A stretch of DNA of 63,790 nucleotides. It comes from an uncultured bacterium (GTDB taxonomy: Bacteria > Bacillota_I > Bacilli_A > RFN20 > CAG-826). Of the stretch, positions 38,297-48,156 are shown in pieces. How positions within the stretch are numbered: the stretch's first letter is position 1; each line of letters opens with the position of its first letter. Made by a program: the position numbers and the translations under genes. The stretch lies in the NCBI GenBank assembly GCA_949292105.1, contig CASEYK010000023.1:1-63790 (forward strand), written 5' to 3'. The notes below the pieces were generated by a model, which saw only the letters and a list, made by a program, of their open reading frames with translations, did not search any database and had not been told where the DNA came from.

Positions 38297-39853
38297 TTAT
38301 TTTTTCTCGTGATATTCTTTTTCAACATTGACATTCCAAATATCTTGTTTATTTTTTCCTTCAGGCGAAAGAATATAATCAATACACACCATACTCGTCA
38401 GCATAGAGTGATCCATATTGTTGTATCTATGCTGTCCATTTCTACCGACACAAAAAAGGTTGTCAATAGAATTGATGTAGGATATTAAATAATCGATTTG
38501 ATCATAAGTATCAAAATATCCTGGATAAGCCTTTTTGACACGCACTAAGCAGGCATCGATTACTGAAGTTTTATCATTAATGACTTTAATTTTAATTAAC
38601 TCATCAATTGCCATTGTTATGAAATCTTTATCATTTGATGTCCACATTTCGTCGCCTTCATTAACAAAATATTCAAGACCAATCCAAATGTATTTATCAA
38701 AATCTTTTACCATATAAGGCGACCAGTTGTTGAAAATTTGTAAACGCCCTAACTTAACTTGTTCTTCTTGGACGTAAATCCAAGTGTCTGGAACTATATT
38801 GTTAATTGTCTTAATTTTGGTTTCGTTTTTAATTGCGAGATGGTCGACTAGAAGCCCGACAGTCATAAAATCGCGGTACGATAACCCAACAGCAATGTCG
38901 TATGCCTTTTGATCCATGTTTTCTTTGCCAATGGCTACTGCCAAGTCTTTCAATGGCATAGAAGAAATATAGTAGTCGCCTTGAAAAATTCTGCCATCTG
39001 AGGTTTTAAGATAATCGATATGATTTTTATCTTTGAAAACAATTTGAGTTACTTCAGAATTCATTAATACTTCACCACCCATTTCAACTATTTTGTCTCT
39101 CATTATTTCATATAGTTGACCAGGTCCTTTTTTTGGATAGGAAAATTGTTCAATTAAAGATGTTTCAACCTTTTTTGAATCTTTTTTGCGAAAAGGCTTG
39201 GCAATTGCGTTACCTAGACTTTTCCATAATGATAAACCTTTAACTCGCTGGGCACCCCAACTAGCTGATATGGTGCTTGGATGCCTACCCCATACCTTTT
39301 CAGTGTATTTTTCAAAAAACATTCGATAAAGTGGTTTTCCAAAACGATTGATATAAAAGTTTTCCAATGAAGTTTCTTTGCGTTTATGAAAGCAAGATCC
39401 GAGATAGCCAAAACCAGCTTTCATCGTGCGAGCAAAACCCATATTAGCAAATGTTCGATATTTAATTGAAATTGGATAATCAAAAAATTTGTGGAGATAA
39501 AGAATGCGCGACACGCGGTGTCTTACAAGCATAACATCATCGACTTTTTCTGGATCTGGTCCATCTTTAGCTAATGGAATATCGCGATTTAAAATAATAT
39601 CATCTTTGCTTTTGGCCCCTTGAAGCGGCATAATTTCGTTCCAAAGTGCCACAACATCATCGTTTTTTGAGAAGAAGCGGTGTCCGCCGATATCCATTCG
39701 ATTGCCGTGGTGTTCATGCGTTTTGGAGATGCCTCCAATTTCGTTGCTAGCCTCTAAAACGATTGGATGGATGCTTTTTTCCTTTGCTAATAAGTATGCG
39801 GCGGTTAAACCAGCCGGTCCAGCGCCGATGATAATTGCCTGTTTTTTATTCAT
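38297..39853 (-). CDS. FAD-dependent oxidoreductase, UDP-galactopyranose-mutase/HemY-like superfamily
   Basis: [31 protein letters not shown] and [15 protein letters not shown] motifs. Confidence 0.85.
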   Translation of the reverse strand: MNKKQAIIIGAGPAGLTAAYLLAKEKSIHPIVLEASNEIGGISKTHEHHGNRMDIGGHRFFSKNDDVVALWNEIMPLQGAKSKDDIILNRDIPLAKDGPDPEKVDDVMLVRHRVSRILYLHKFFDYPISIKYRTFANMGFARTMKAGFGYLGSCFHKRKETSLENFYINRFGKPLYRMFFEKYTEKVWGRHPSTISASWGAQRVKGLSLWKSLGNAIAKPFRKKDSKKVETSLIEQFSYPKKGPGQLYEIMRDKIVEMGGEVLMNSEVTQIVFKDKNHIDYLKTSDGRIFQGDYYISSMPLKDLAVAIGKENMDQKAYDIAVGLSYRDFMTVGLLVDHLAIKNETKIKTINNIVPDTWIYVQEEQVKLGRLQIFNNWSPYMVKDFDKYIWIGLEYFVNEGDEMWTSNDKDFITMAIDELIKIKVINDKTSVIDACLVRVKKAYPGYFDTYDQIDYLISYINSIDNLFCVGRNGQHRYNNMDHSMLTSMVCIDYILSPEGKNKQDIWNVNVEKEYHEKK

Positions 39854-40373
39854 TTGTTTCTTCTTTCGGTTTTTTATACAAAATAAATTTTCTTGTCAAA
39901 TAATTCCAAATTAATCCGATGAGAGTTCGAATGCAGAAACTGATAAAATATGCCCAAAAGACAACATCAGTCCAAAAATTAAAGGTAAATATTTGTTCTA
40001 AACTGCTATCAGAAATATCGATACCCCAACTAGCATTACATATATATTGACAAAGAAGCATTGTGCCAATCGACAAAAATAATCCGCCGAGCGATAAAAG
40101 TACAAACCAAAAGATAAAAAGTGGAGTTCTACTCTTTTTTTTCGTCTCATCTGAAACATTTTTAAAAACCCAAAAAGTTGATAGGACAAAATTTAAGGCA
40201 ACGCCAAAAACGAAGCCCATGGCTGTTGAGATGGCTTGACTCCAGTTGTGGTTAAGGTTTTTGCAAATTTCAAGAAATAGTTGGGAAATTAAAAAATCGA
40301 GAAGAGCACACGCGATACCAGTAATTGTGAATCTAACTATTTCAAGACCTAATGATTTATTTTTGTTGGACAT
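39846..40373 (-). CDS. GtrA-family flippase
   Basis: EIVRFxITG, NFVLSxxWVF and [11 protein letters not shown] motifs; four TMs. Confidence 0.9.
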   Translation of the reverse strand: MSNKNKSLGLEIVRFTITGIACALLDFLISQLFLEICKNLNHNWSQAISTAMGFVFGVALNFVLSTFWVFKNVSDETKKKSRTPLFIFWFVLLSLGGLFLSIGTMLLCQYICNASWGIDISDSSLEQIFTFNFWTDVVFWAYFISFCIRTLIGLIWNYLTRKFILYKKPKEETNE

Positions 40374-40384
40374 AACTTAAATTA

Positions 40385-41809
40385 TTATAGACCGAGAATT
40401 GGTCCAAAACAAAGTACCCAAACTAGAAAATAAGAAAGCAGAGCAATTACATCGACAATCGTTGTCATTAACGGACCGCACATAACAGCTGGATCCCTTT
40501 TTAATGCCTTGGCAATGAAAGGAAGAGAACAGCCGACTAAACGTGAAAAAATCATCACGATAAACAATGTGATAGCCACCAAACCAGCAACACAAAGTCT
40601 AACAATCCAATCATTATCGATTTTTATCAATCCTATTTCTGCGTGGCATTCAACAATGCCCGTCGCCATTTCAAACATCAGCCATGCAAATGCAAAGACG
40701 CTCACAATCAATCCGATGATGACCGACAATCGAAACTCTTTCCAAAAAACTTTTTTAACATCGCCGCGGTTGAATTCATTTAATGCCAAACTTCTCACGA
40801 TAATTGTCGTGGTTTGTCCTCCGGAATTACCTCCAGCGTCCATAATTAAAGGAGTAAAGACGCTTAAAACTGAAAATTTGGCGATTTCAGATTGAAATCC
40901 GGAAAGAATTACAGAAGAAAAGATTTCTAACACCATCAAAACAATAATCCATGGAACGCATTTTTTTACTAAAGTAAAAAGAGGAGTGTCGAGGTATTTT
41001 TGCTCCATAGGAGCAGTTTTGTTTAAAAGAGCCATATCTTCGGTAGCCTCTTCAACGATAATATCGACAACATCGTCGATGGTAATAATTCCGCACAATT
41101 TATTTTCACGATTTACAACCGCCATCGCGTTTAAGTCGTATCGTTTAAACATTTCAGCTACTTGCTCTTGATCAGTATCGACATTTACATAAACATAGTT
41201 GCGATTCATGATTTCTTCTAGAGTCTGCTCATTTTGGGCAAAAATTAAATCATCTAAATTGACGGTGCCGATTAGTGTTCGAGTGTTGTCACGAACAAAA
41301 ATAGTGTAAATAGTTTCGGCTTCGCGACCGTTTTTGCGAATTTTGTCAATGGCATCGCTAACTGAAATATCTTTTTTCATTTCGATATATTCAGTTGTCA
41401 TCACAGAACCTGCGGTGTCTTCTTTGTAATTAAGAAGTCGATTGATATCGGTTCTTAAATCTGATGGTGCAACTTTTAAAATACGATTGACCATGTTGGC
41501 TGGCATTTCATTCATTGAATCGACAACATCGTCAGCAAAAGAATGATCAAGCAATTCGATTAATTGCTTATCTCCAAATGCATCGATAATTAATTGTTGC
41601 TGCTTGTTTGTTAGTTCAGTGAAAAAAGGAGCAGAAAATTCTGATGGGACAACTTTAAAAATATAAAGCAGTTTAGTGACATCTTCGACATCTTCTAGTG
41701 TTTCAGCAATATCAATCGCTGGTGTATTCACAAATATTTCGTTAATCAAAGACGAGTTTTTTTCTTGAATGGCGTTCAATATTTTTTCTTTGAGTTCTAA
41801 ATTTTCCAT
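40385..41809 (-). CDS. mgtE: Magnesium transporter MgtE
   Basis: N-domain, CBS pair (TAGSVMTTEY), GGNSGGQ and DPAVMCGPLMTTIVD. Confidence 0.95.
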   Translation of the reverse strand: MENLELKEKILNAIQEKNSSLINEIFVNTPAIDIAETLEDVEDVTKLLYIFKVVPSEFSAPFFTELTNKQQQLIIDAFGDKQLIELLDHSFADDVVDSMNEMPANMVNRILKVAPSDLRTDINRLLNYKEDTAGSVMTTEYIEMKKDISVSDAIDKIRKNGREAETIYTIFVRDNTRTLIGTVNLDDLIFAQNEQTLEEIMNRNYVYVNVDTDQEQVAEMFKRYDLNAMAVVNRENKLCGIITIDDVVDIIVEEATEDMALLNKTAPMEQKYLDTPLFTLVKKCVPWIIVLMVLEIFSSVILSGFQSEIAKFSVLSVFTPLIMDAGGNSGGQTTTIIVRSLALNEFNRGDVKKVFWKEFRLSVIIGLIVSVFAFAWLMFEMATGIVECHAEIGLIKIDNDWIVRLCVAGLVAITLFIVMIFSRLVGCSLPFIAKALKRDPAVMCGPLMTTIVDVIALLSYFLVWVLCFGPILGL

Positions 41810-41944
41810 TTTCTTTTCCTCCTTCTCTCTTTATTTATAAACTTTAGGAAAATAATTTTACAAAGTATTTTCGTTCACTTATATTTCTTTTTATCTTTTT
41901 TTGCGCTAATTTGCTACAATAGTTATGAATTCGAGGTATTACAC

Positions 41945-42517
41945 ATGAAAGAAATTTTAGTAGAAACAAGCGCAAGACATATTCATTTGAACGAAGAGCA
42001 ATTCAAAATTTTATGTGGCGAAGACGCCAAATTGGAAGTTCGAGCTCCTCTTTCTCAACCAGGACAATTTGTCTCAACCACTAGATTAGAAATTGTTGGA
42101 CCAAAAAGAAGCATTCCTAATGTTTCCATTCTTGGACCATTTCGCTCAAAAGCTCAAGTCGAGGTTTCGATGACCGATGCTCGTACATTGGGAGTAACAC
42201 CAGTTATTCGCGAAAGCGGTGATACAGCTGGTAGTGCTCCGATTCGCCTTGTCGGTCCAAAAGGAACTCTTGACTTAGATGAAGGATGTATTGTGGCTAA
42301 ACGTCATATTCATATGACCCCTGCTGACGCTGAAGAATTTGGCGTTAAAAATGGTGATAATGTTCAATTGTCGGTCAAAACAAATGGTCGTTCGTTAATT
42401 TTTGACGATGTCGTTGTACGAGTCAGTGATAAATTTGCACTAGCTTGCCATATCGATACCGACGAAAGCAACGCGGCATCAGCGTCTGGCGTTGTTTATG
42501 GCCAACTCATTAAATGA
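41945..42517 (+). CDS. pduL: Phosphate propanoyl/acetyltransferase PduL
   Basis: SARHIHL, LSQPGQF, QVEVSMTD, RHIHM and HIDTDE motifs. Confidence 0.93.
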   Translation: MKEILVETSARHIHLNEEQFKILCGEDAKLEVRAPLSQPGQFVSTTRLEIVGPKRSIPNVSILGPFRSKAQVEVSMTDARTLGVTPVIRESGDTAGSAPIRLVGPKGTLDLDEGCIVAKRHIHMTPADAEEFGVKNGDNVQLSVKTNGRSLIFDDVVVRVSDKFALACHIDTDESNAASASGVVYGQLIK

Positions 42518-42533
42518 GTTTTTTATTCATCGC

Positions 42534-42562
42534 TTGCAATTTAATTGTCAACTAATTAAACT
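42534..42562 (+). promoter_or_regulatory. Promoter of the metK leader
   Basis: TTGCAA, 17-bp spacer, TAAACT, just upstream of the aptamer. Confidence 0.7.
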
Positions 42563-42572
42563 TTAATCACAT

Positions 42573-42713
42573 ATCTTATCAAGAACCACATAGTAAAGAT
42601 GAAATAGTGTGGTAGCAACTCTTGTTTCAAGTAAGTGCTCTCTTTAGCGGGTAATCCCGAACGATAAGTTAGGAAAAAAGAATAGTGCCTTCCTAACTAG
42701 GAAGGCTTTTTTT
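42573..42713 (+). ncRNA. SAM-clan (SAM-I-like) riboswitch with terminator/antiterminator
   Basis: P1 CTTATC/GATAAG, J1/2 AAGA, P3 AGCAAC...GTGCT, P4 CGGG-TAAT-CCCG, terminator GCCTTCCTA..TAGGAAGGC-T7; lies upstream of metK. Confidence 0.88.
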
Positions 42714-42729
42714 ACAAAGAGGAAATGTT

Positions 42730-43914
42730 ATGAGCAAAGAAAAAATTTTATTTACATCTGAATCTGTTTCTGAAGGGCACCCAGATAAAGTTTGCGACCG
42801 CATTGCCGATCGCATTCTCGATGCATATCTTGCAAAAGATCATCAATCACATGTGGCGTGCGAGGTTTTTGCAACCGGCAATTTTGTTCTTGTTGGTGGA
42901 GAAATTACTTCTCCGTTGAATGTTGATGTTGATATCGAACATGAAGTCAAAGAAGCACTTAAAGAAATTGGTTATGATAGAGCAGAATTGGGAACGGATT
43001 ACCACACTGTTCAAATAATGAATAAAATCAAAAAGCAGAGCCCTGATATTAATCTTGGACTTTCACAACCTAAAATGGAAGATTTGGGTGCCGGCGACCA
43101 AGGAATTATGTTTGGCTATGCGACCGATGAAAGCGATGGTTATATGCCTTTAGCCATTTCTGTTGCTCATAAATTAGTTAGAGAAGCAACAAGACAAAGA
43201 AAAGAAGGCTTATTCATTCATTCTCGCCCTGATATGAAATCGCAAGTAACTATTGATTATACACAACCAGATAATATTCGTATTGACTCTATTCTTATGA
43301 GCTGCCAACACGAGCCCGATATTGATATGGATGCATTCAGAAAATATATTCATGAGCAAATCATGATACCGGTTGCTAAATCATTTCATCTCAATGTTGA
43401 TTTTAAATACTATATTAATCCCACTGGATCATTTGTGATGGGAGGGCCACTTGCTGATACAGGTCTAACTGGTCGAAAGATTATTGTCGATACTTATGGC
43501 GGGACAGCTGAGCATGGTGGTGGCTCTTTCTCTGGCAAAGATGCGACCAAGGTTGATCGAAGCGGCGCATATATGGCCCGTTACATCGCTAAAAATTTAG
43601 TTGCTGCCGGAGTGGCGAAACGCCTGCTCGTTCAATTATCGTATGGCATTGGAATGAATGAACCCCTTTCTATTGGCATCAAAACATATCACACTTCTAG
43701 ATATGATGACGAAACAATCTTGTCAATTATCCGTCAACTTTTTGATTGCCGCCCTGGTATGATTATTGATAAGTTTCATCTTGACCATCCTTCTTTTAAA
43801 TACTGCTCATTATCTTCTTATGGCCATTTTGGCCGACCAGATGTTGATGTGCCTTGGGAACATCTCGATAAAGTGGATGAAATTCAAGTTGCTTTAAAAA
43901 AGCAGACAAAATAA
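42730..43914 (+). CDS. metK: S-adenosylmethionine synthetase
   Basis: FTSESVSEGHPDK, GAGDQG, TGRKIIVDTYG and GGGSFSGKD motifs. Confidence 0.98.
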   Translation: MSKEKILFTSESVSEGHPDKVCDRIADRILDAYLAKDHQSHVACEVFATGNFVLVGGEITSPLNVDVDIEHEVKEALKEIGYDRAELGTDYHTVQIMNKIKKQSPDINLGLSQPKMEDLGAGDQGIMFGYATDESDGYMPLAISVAHKLVREATRQRKEGLFIHSRPDMKSQVTIDYTQPDNIRIDSILMSCQHEPDIDMDAFRKYIHEQIMIPVAKSFHLNVDFKYYINPTGSFVMGGPLADTGLTGRKIIVDTYGGTAEHGGGSFSGKDATKVDRSGAYMARYIAKNLVAAGVAKRLLVQLSYGIGMNEPLSIGIKTYHTSRYDDETILSIIRQLFDCRPGMIIDKFHLDHPSFKYCSLSSYGHFGRPDVDVPWEHLDKVDEIQVALKKQTK

Positions 43915-44021
43915 TTAAAAAATGTGAAAACTAATATATTTTTTACAAATTTTCATCGTAATCAGTTATAATTATTACGACAGCTTTTCTAATTAATAAT
44001 TTGGAAAGGAGTGAATATAGT

Positions 44022-44573
44022 ATGAAATACCAAATTATCGGAAAAAACATTGAAGTAACCGACGGTATTTCGAGTGCCGTTCAAAAGAAACTTGCTCGCA
44101 TGGACAAGTATTTCTTGATTGATGAAGAAGTAAACTGCCGTGTGGTTGTGAGCGCGCACATCGGAATGCAAAAAGTTGAAGTGACCATCTTTATGCCGCG
44201 TTTAACTTTGCGCGCAGAAGTGGAAGATCCTGATCTTTATGCTGCAATCGATTTAGCCATCGATAAGCTTGAAGGGCAGATGAGAAAATTAAAAACGCGA
44301 ATGGATCGAAGCAATGTTCGTCTTTCGCTTGGCGAAGCAATCGCTTTTGAAAATATTGAAGAAGAAAAAAATGATTCAAAAGACGATGTTGTTGTGCGCA
44401 CTAAATCCTATTATCTTGAACCAATGACTTTGGAAGAGGCAATTGCTAGAATGGAAGCTTTAGGTCATGACTTTTTTCTCTATCTCGATGAAGAAGATGA
44501 TCGCATTTCTGTCGCTTATGTCCGTCGCGACGGAGGGTATGGTGTTATTCAAGCGGAAAATCCAATAAAATAA
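44022..44573 (+). CDS. hpf: Ribosome hibernation promoting factor (long HPF)
   Basis: GKNIEVT, DLYAAID and C-terminal PMTLEEAIxxMExLGHDFF...YGVI. Confidence 0.95.
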   Translation: MKYQIIGKNIEVTDGISSAVQKKLARMDKYFLIDEEVNCRVVVSAHIGMQKVEVTIFMPRLTLRAEVEDPDLYAAIDLAIDKLEGQMRKLKTRMDRSNVRLSLGEAIAFENIEEEKNDSKDDVVVRTKSYYLEPMTLEEAIARMEALGHDFFLYLDEEDDRISVAYVRRDGGYGVIQAENPIK

Positions 44574-44593
44574 TCAAAAGATAAAATCACATT

Positions 44594-44617
44594 AAAGAGA
44601 CCATTGGTCTCTTTTTT
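44594..44617 (+). terminator. Intrinsic terminator
   Basis: AAAGAGACCA-T-TGGTCTCTTT plus a T tail. Confidence 0.8.
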
Positions 44618-44670
44618 ATTTACTTTTTCATTTGGTTTTCTTTGCACATATGTGTATAATATATAGGCGT

Positions 44671-45522
44671 ATGGAACAGAAATTGCTCGCTGTCGATTTG
44701 GATGGCACATTGTTTTATCCCAAGCAAATAGGACGATGCATTTCTAAAAAGAATGTAAAATTTTTGCAAGAATTTATCGATCAAGGCAATAAGGTTGTTC
44801 TTGTGTCTTCACGAAGCTATTTTTTTACAAAAAAACTTCAAGAAGAAATTAATCGTCCAATTGATTTCATTAATTGTACTTCTGCACAAATTATCGCTGA
44901 TGGCGAATGTATTCGCGATGAGGTGATGAACAAAAAACAATTGAAAGATATTCTTTCTGAAATTGATCAGCAGTTTAGACCACTTGGCTATTTTTTAACA
45001 TCAAAGAAATATTCGATTGTTATTAAAGAGGCGAAAAGAGTCTCTCTCTTATTCAAATTATTTTATGGCATTTATTATTTCTTTCAGTTCAAGTATCGTG
45101 AAAATTATATTTTGGATAATAAATTGTTCGACCAAGAAATTGAAGAAGGCGATGTTTACAAAGTGATGATTTTCTTTGGACTCGGTCACAAGAAAAAGAC
45201 ATTGACGAAAGAAATAAATAAAAAATTGAGAGAAGAATATCCACAAATTGAATCATCTTGGACATCGAAGTTGAATGAACTTACTGCATTAAAGTGTACA
45301 AAAGGCGATGGATTGGAATATTATTGTAATAAACTAAATATTGACAAAAACAATGTTTATGTGGTTGGCGATTCAGGCAACGACATCACGATGTTTAATA
45401 AATTTTATGAGCATAGCTACGCTATGCGACACGCCCCAAAAAGCGTGAAAAAATATGCTAAAAACACCGTTAGACGTGTTTATACACTGTCAAAATTATT
45501 ATTAAAAGGAGAGAAAAAATAA
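44671..45522 (+). CDS. Cof-type HAD-IIB hydrolase
   Basis: DLDGTL, SSR, TKG and VGDSGNDITM motifs. Confidence 0.9.
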   Translation: MEQKLLAVDLDGTLFYPKQIGRCISKKNVKFLQEFIDQGNKVVLVSSRSYFFTKKLQEEINRPIDFINCTSAQIIADGECIRDEVMNKKQLKDILSEIDQQFRPLGYFLTSKKYSIVIKEAKRVSLLFKLFYGIYYFFQFKYRENYILDNKLFDQEIEEGDVYKVMIFFGLGHKKKTLTKEINKKLREEYPQIESSWTSKLNELTALKCTKGDGLEYYCNKLNIDKNNVYVVGDSGNDITMFNKFYEHSYAMRHAPKSVKKYAKNTVRRVYTLSKLLLKGEKK

Positions 45523-45525
45523 TTT

Positions 45526-46389
45526 ATGAATCAAACTAGTCAATTTATATTCAACATTTATCACTATTTGCTCAACCTTCGCGATACTCTTGAATACGCT
45601 CTACCACGCGAACATGAATTATTAATGTTTGAACAGCGAAAAAAGGTCTTGCTACAAGGATTGAACGAGGGCTCGGCGTTAGGCAATTTTCTTATTCAAA
45701 ACAAAGAGAATGGAGAAAAAATTAAAAACGCTTTGAGTGAGGCTATTGATGAACTTTATGGCGATGATTCGACTGTTCTTAAAAAAGCTGGAGATAAAAT
45801 TCGCGTTGATCATACACAAAATTTAAAAATCTTTGAAGTCATCGTTGGCAATTCTGAATCGGTCAGAGATATTGTTTATGGCTATTTAAATTTCGCTCGT
45901 TCCAAAGGCGAATTAGAGGATGAAATTGTTGATTTGGTAAAAAAAGACGAAGTCCTTTATCGTACGATTTTAGCTACTCTTGTCATCCGAGAATTTGAGA
46001 AATCATTTGCCGAATTCCAAAAGGTTATGACTGATAACAAAGGTAAACCTTCTCCACAAAGCAATTATATTGTTCAAAATGAAATCAATAAACTTTCTGG
46101 CTTTTTACGCTTCTCGAGGCAGCATTGCCACGCCACCGACAACACGACTCTTGATTTACTCGATGATGTAAACAAGGTTATTGAAATGTGTGAAGGAAGA
46201 CGCGACCGCGTTGATAATAAATCATTTAAAGATATCTTCACGGATATCAATACGCATTTGAACAATTATCTTAAAATCGTTGAGCCAGCATGGAAAGAAC
46301 AATACGAAAAAGTTTTTAAGGAAATGGTTGAACTCGAAAGAAATCGTAAAAACCAAACACCATCCGAACCATCTGAGCCCAAGGCATAA
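45526..46389 (+). CDS. Hypothetical alpha-helical protein
   Basis: 287-aa ORF with an AAGGAG RBS, in an operon; no motif recognised. Confidence 0.75.
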   Translation: MNQTSQFIFNIYHYLLNLRDTLEYALPREHELLMFEQRKKVLLQGLNEGSALGNFLIQNKENGEKIKNALSEAIDELYGDDSTVLKKAGDKIRVDHTQNLKIFEVIVGNSESVRDIVYGYLNFARSKGELEDEIVDLVKKDEVLYRTILATLVIREFEKSFAEFQKVMTDNKGKPSPQSNYIVQNEINKLSGFLRFSRQHCHATDNTTLDLLDDVNKVIEMCEGRRDRVDNKSFKDIFTDINTHLNNYLKIVEPAWKEQYEKVFKEMVELERNRKNQTPSEPSEPKA

Positions 46390-46405
46390 ATAGGAGTGAT
46401 TAAGT

Positions 46406-46771
46406 ATGAAAATGACCAAAAAACAAAGTTTAGCATTTGAAATAGTATGGTATTCGATTTGCGGAGCAATCGCGTTATGGGGATTGACATACATCGTTCT
46501 AGGATTGCTTTCCAAATATTTACCTCTTCCATCCGAACAAAATCCTCTTGTATCGTTCGATACAACCATTAAAAATTTGTTTGGACTAGATTCTTTATCT
46601 TGGGGATTAATTCTTCTCGCAATTGGTAGTTTGCTCGCAATTATTGTCCTTCTCAGTTTTGCCAAAACTGCTGATCGTTCCTACGACAAGAGTTTAAGAC
46701 GCAAAGCGCGACTTTCTCATCTTGACGAAGCCAAAGAAGAAGTTAATGCTGAGGCTCCAAAAGAAGAATAA
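46406..46771 (+). CDS. Hypothetical 2-TM protein
   Basis: RBS AGGAGTG, two TMs, charged tail, followed by a terminator. Confidence 0.75.
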   Translation: MKMTKKQSLAFEIVWYSICGAIALWGLTYIVLGLLSKYLPLPSEQNPLVSFDTTIKNLFGLDSLSWGLILLAIGSLLAIIVLLSFAKTADRSYDKSLRRKARLSHLDEAKEEVNAEAPKEE

Positions 46772-46797
46772 TCATTATCTTTTTTCTAAATAATAAC

Positions 46798-46821
46798 ACC
46801 TTCTGAAAATGAAGGTTTTTT
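46798..46821 (+). terminator. Intrinsic terminator
   Basis: ACCTTC-7-GAAGGT plus a T run. Confidence 0.7.
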
Positions 46822-47067
46822 ATTGGCTAGACAAATAATTATTAAAGGTAATCAAATAAAAGGCTATCTTGAATAGCTACTGAAAGTAGAAAACACAGCT
46901 TGCAATCTTATTTTCTTTAATCGTTCTATATATAGTTCTTTTTTTCCTTCTTCTGCAATTGCTATAGCGCAGTTCAATTTTGTTTTGTCAAAATTAAGGG
47001 CTTTTTGGTTAATATAAATTGGTAGAGCATAAATTTAATAACGATAAAATATTGATAGGAGTGGACT

Positions 47068-47529
47068 ATGAGTTTAGGCAAAAAATTATCATTAATCAGA
47101 AAGAAAAAAGGCATTTCGCAAGAAGAACTTGCCTCCAAATTAAATGTAAGTCGACAAACTATTTCCAAGTGGGAAAACGATGAAACGATTCCAAACATTT
47201 ATGAAGTCAGCGCTGCTTCAAAATTTTTGAATGTAACGATTGAAGAATTGTTGAATTATGAAGAAGAGATTAAAAGCATTGAAGAAAGTATTAGTAGAAC
47301 AGATGAAGCAACAATTGCTAAAGTCGATTGGACTAAAGTTTGGGGTAAAAGATATCCAGTATTACTCGAATACGAAGAAATAGTGGATTCTTTAAAGTAT
47401 AAAGAGACTTTAGATTATTTGATTAAAGATTTAAAAAATAATTATCATTATAATAATCGCGATGCTTTTTTGGTTTTAAAAGATATTTTAGGAAAATTAT
47501 ATAAAGAATATACTGAATTTAAAAAATAA
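47068..47529 (+). CDS. XRE-family HTH regulator
   Basis: LSLIRKKKGISQEELASKLNVSRQTISKWENDETIP. Confidence 0.92.
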   Translation: MSLGKKLSLIRKKKGISQEELASKLNVSRQTISKWENDETIPNIYEVSAASKFLNVTIEELLNYEEEIKSIEESISRTDEATIAKVDWTKVWGKRYPVLLEYEEIVDSLKYKETLDYLIKDLKNNYHYNNRDAFLVLKDILGKLYKEYTEFKK

Positions 47530-47604
47530 AGTATAGTCAATTTTTGTTTGTTTTTTTGTTATTTTTTTCATGTGTTTTTCTCTAAATACTTTGTATTTAA
47601 AAAA

Positions 47605-47631
47605 TTAGCACTCTCTATTGACAAGTGCTAA
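47605..47631. promoter_or_regulatory. CIRCE element (HrcA operator)
   Basis: TTAGCACTC-N9-AAGTGCTAA (1 mismatch to TTAGCACTC-N9-GAGTGCTAA); overlaps a TTGACA -35 box upstream of hsp20. Confidence 0.9.
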
Positions 47632-47682
47632 AAATGGTATACAATATAGTTAGTCCTTAAAAGAGGACAGGAGGTAAAAATA

Positions 47683-48102
47683 ATGAGCAAATATGAATTA
47701 GGATTTTATGATCCATTTTATGAAGACTGGGATGATTTATTCCGCTTTCCGAAAGAATTAAACCATAAATCGCACTTGATGAGAACGGATGTTAAGGAGA
47801 ATGAAAAATCTTATCAACTCGACATCGAACTTCCAGGTGTAAAGAAAGAGGATGTCGATGTAAGTCTCCACGACGGTTATCTAACTGTGTCATATGAGCA
47901 CAAAAACGAAAAAGAAACGAAAGAAGAAGGGCGCTACGTTAGACGCGAACGCTTCTATGGTTCTCTTTCTCGAAGCTTCTATGTCGGTGAAAATGTGAGT
48001 GAAGAAGATATTTCTGCTTCGCTTGATAATGGCGTGTTGACTATCGAAGTTCCAAAAGAATCAAAAGTCAATAAAGAGACCAAAAAAATCTCCATCAAAT
48101 AA
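47683..48102 (+). CDS. Hsp20/alpha-crystallin small heat-shock protein
   Basis: MRTDVKE, ELPGVKKED, RRERFYGSLSRSF and ASLDNGVLTIEVPK motifs, plus an IxI tail. Confidence 0.95.
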   Translation: MSKYELGFYDPFYEDWDDLFRFPKELNHKSHLMRTDVKENEKSYQLDIELPGVKKEDVDVSLHDGYLTVSYEHKNEKETKEEGRYVRRERFYGSLSRSFYVGENVSEEDISASLDNGVLTIEVPKESKVNKETKKISIK

Positions 48103-48131
48103 TTTATCAACAATAATCAGAAATGATAAAG

Positions 48132-48156
48132 AAAAGAAGGCTTTGCCTTCTTTTTT
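48132..48156. terminator. Bidirectional intrinsic terminator
   Basis: AAAAGAAGGC-TTT-GCCTTCTTTT. Confidence 0.8.

Noticed and set aside
46822-47060. Small hairpins (GCTAT/ATAGC, CTAC-TGAAA-GTAG) and a ~57-codon ATG-less minus-strand frame
   Set aside because: No riboswitch or sRNA consensus recognised; stems are too short; no protein similarity recognised.
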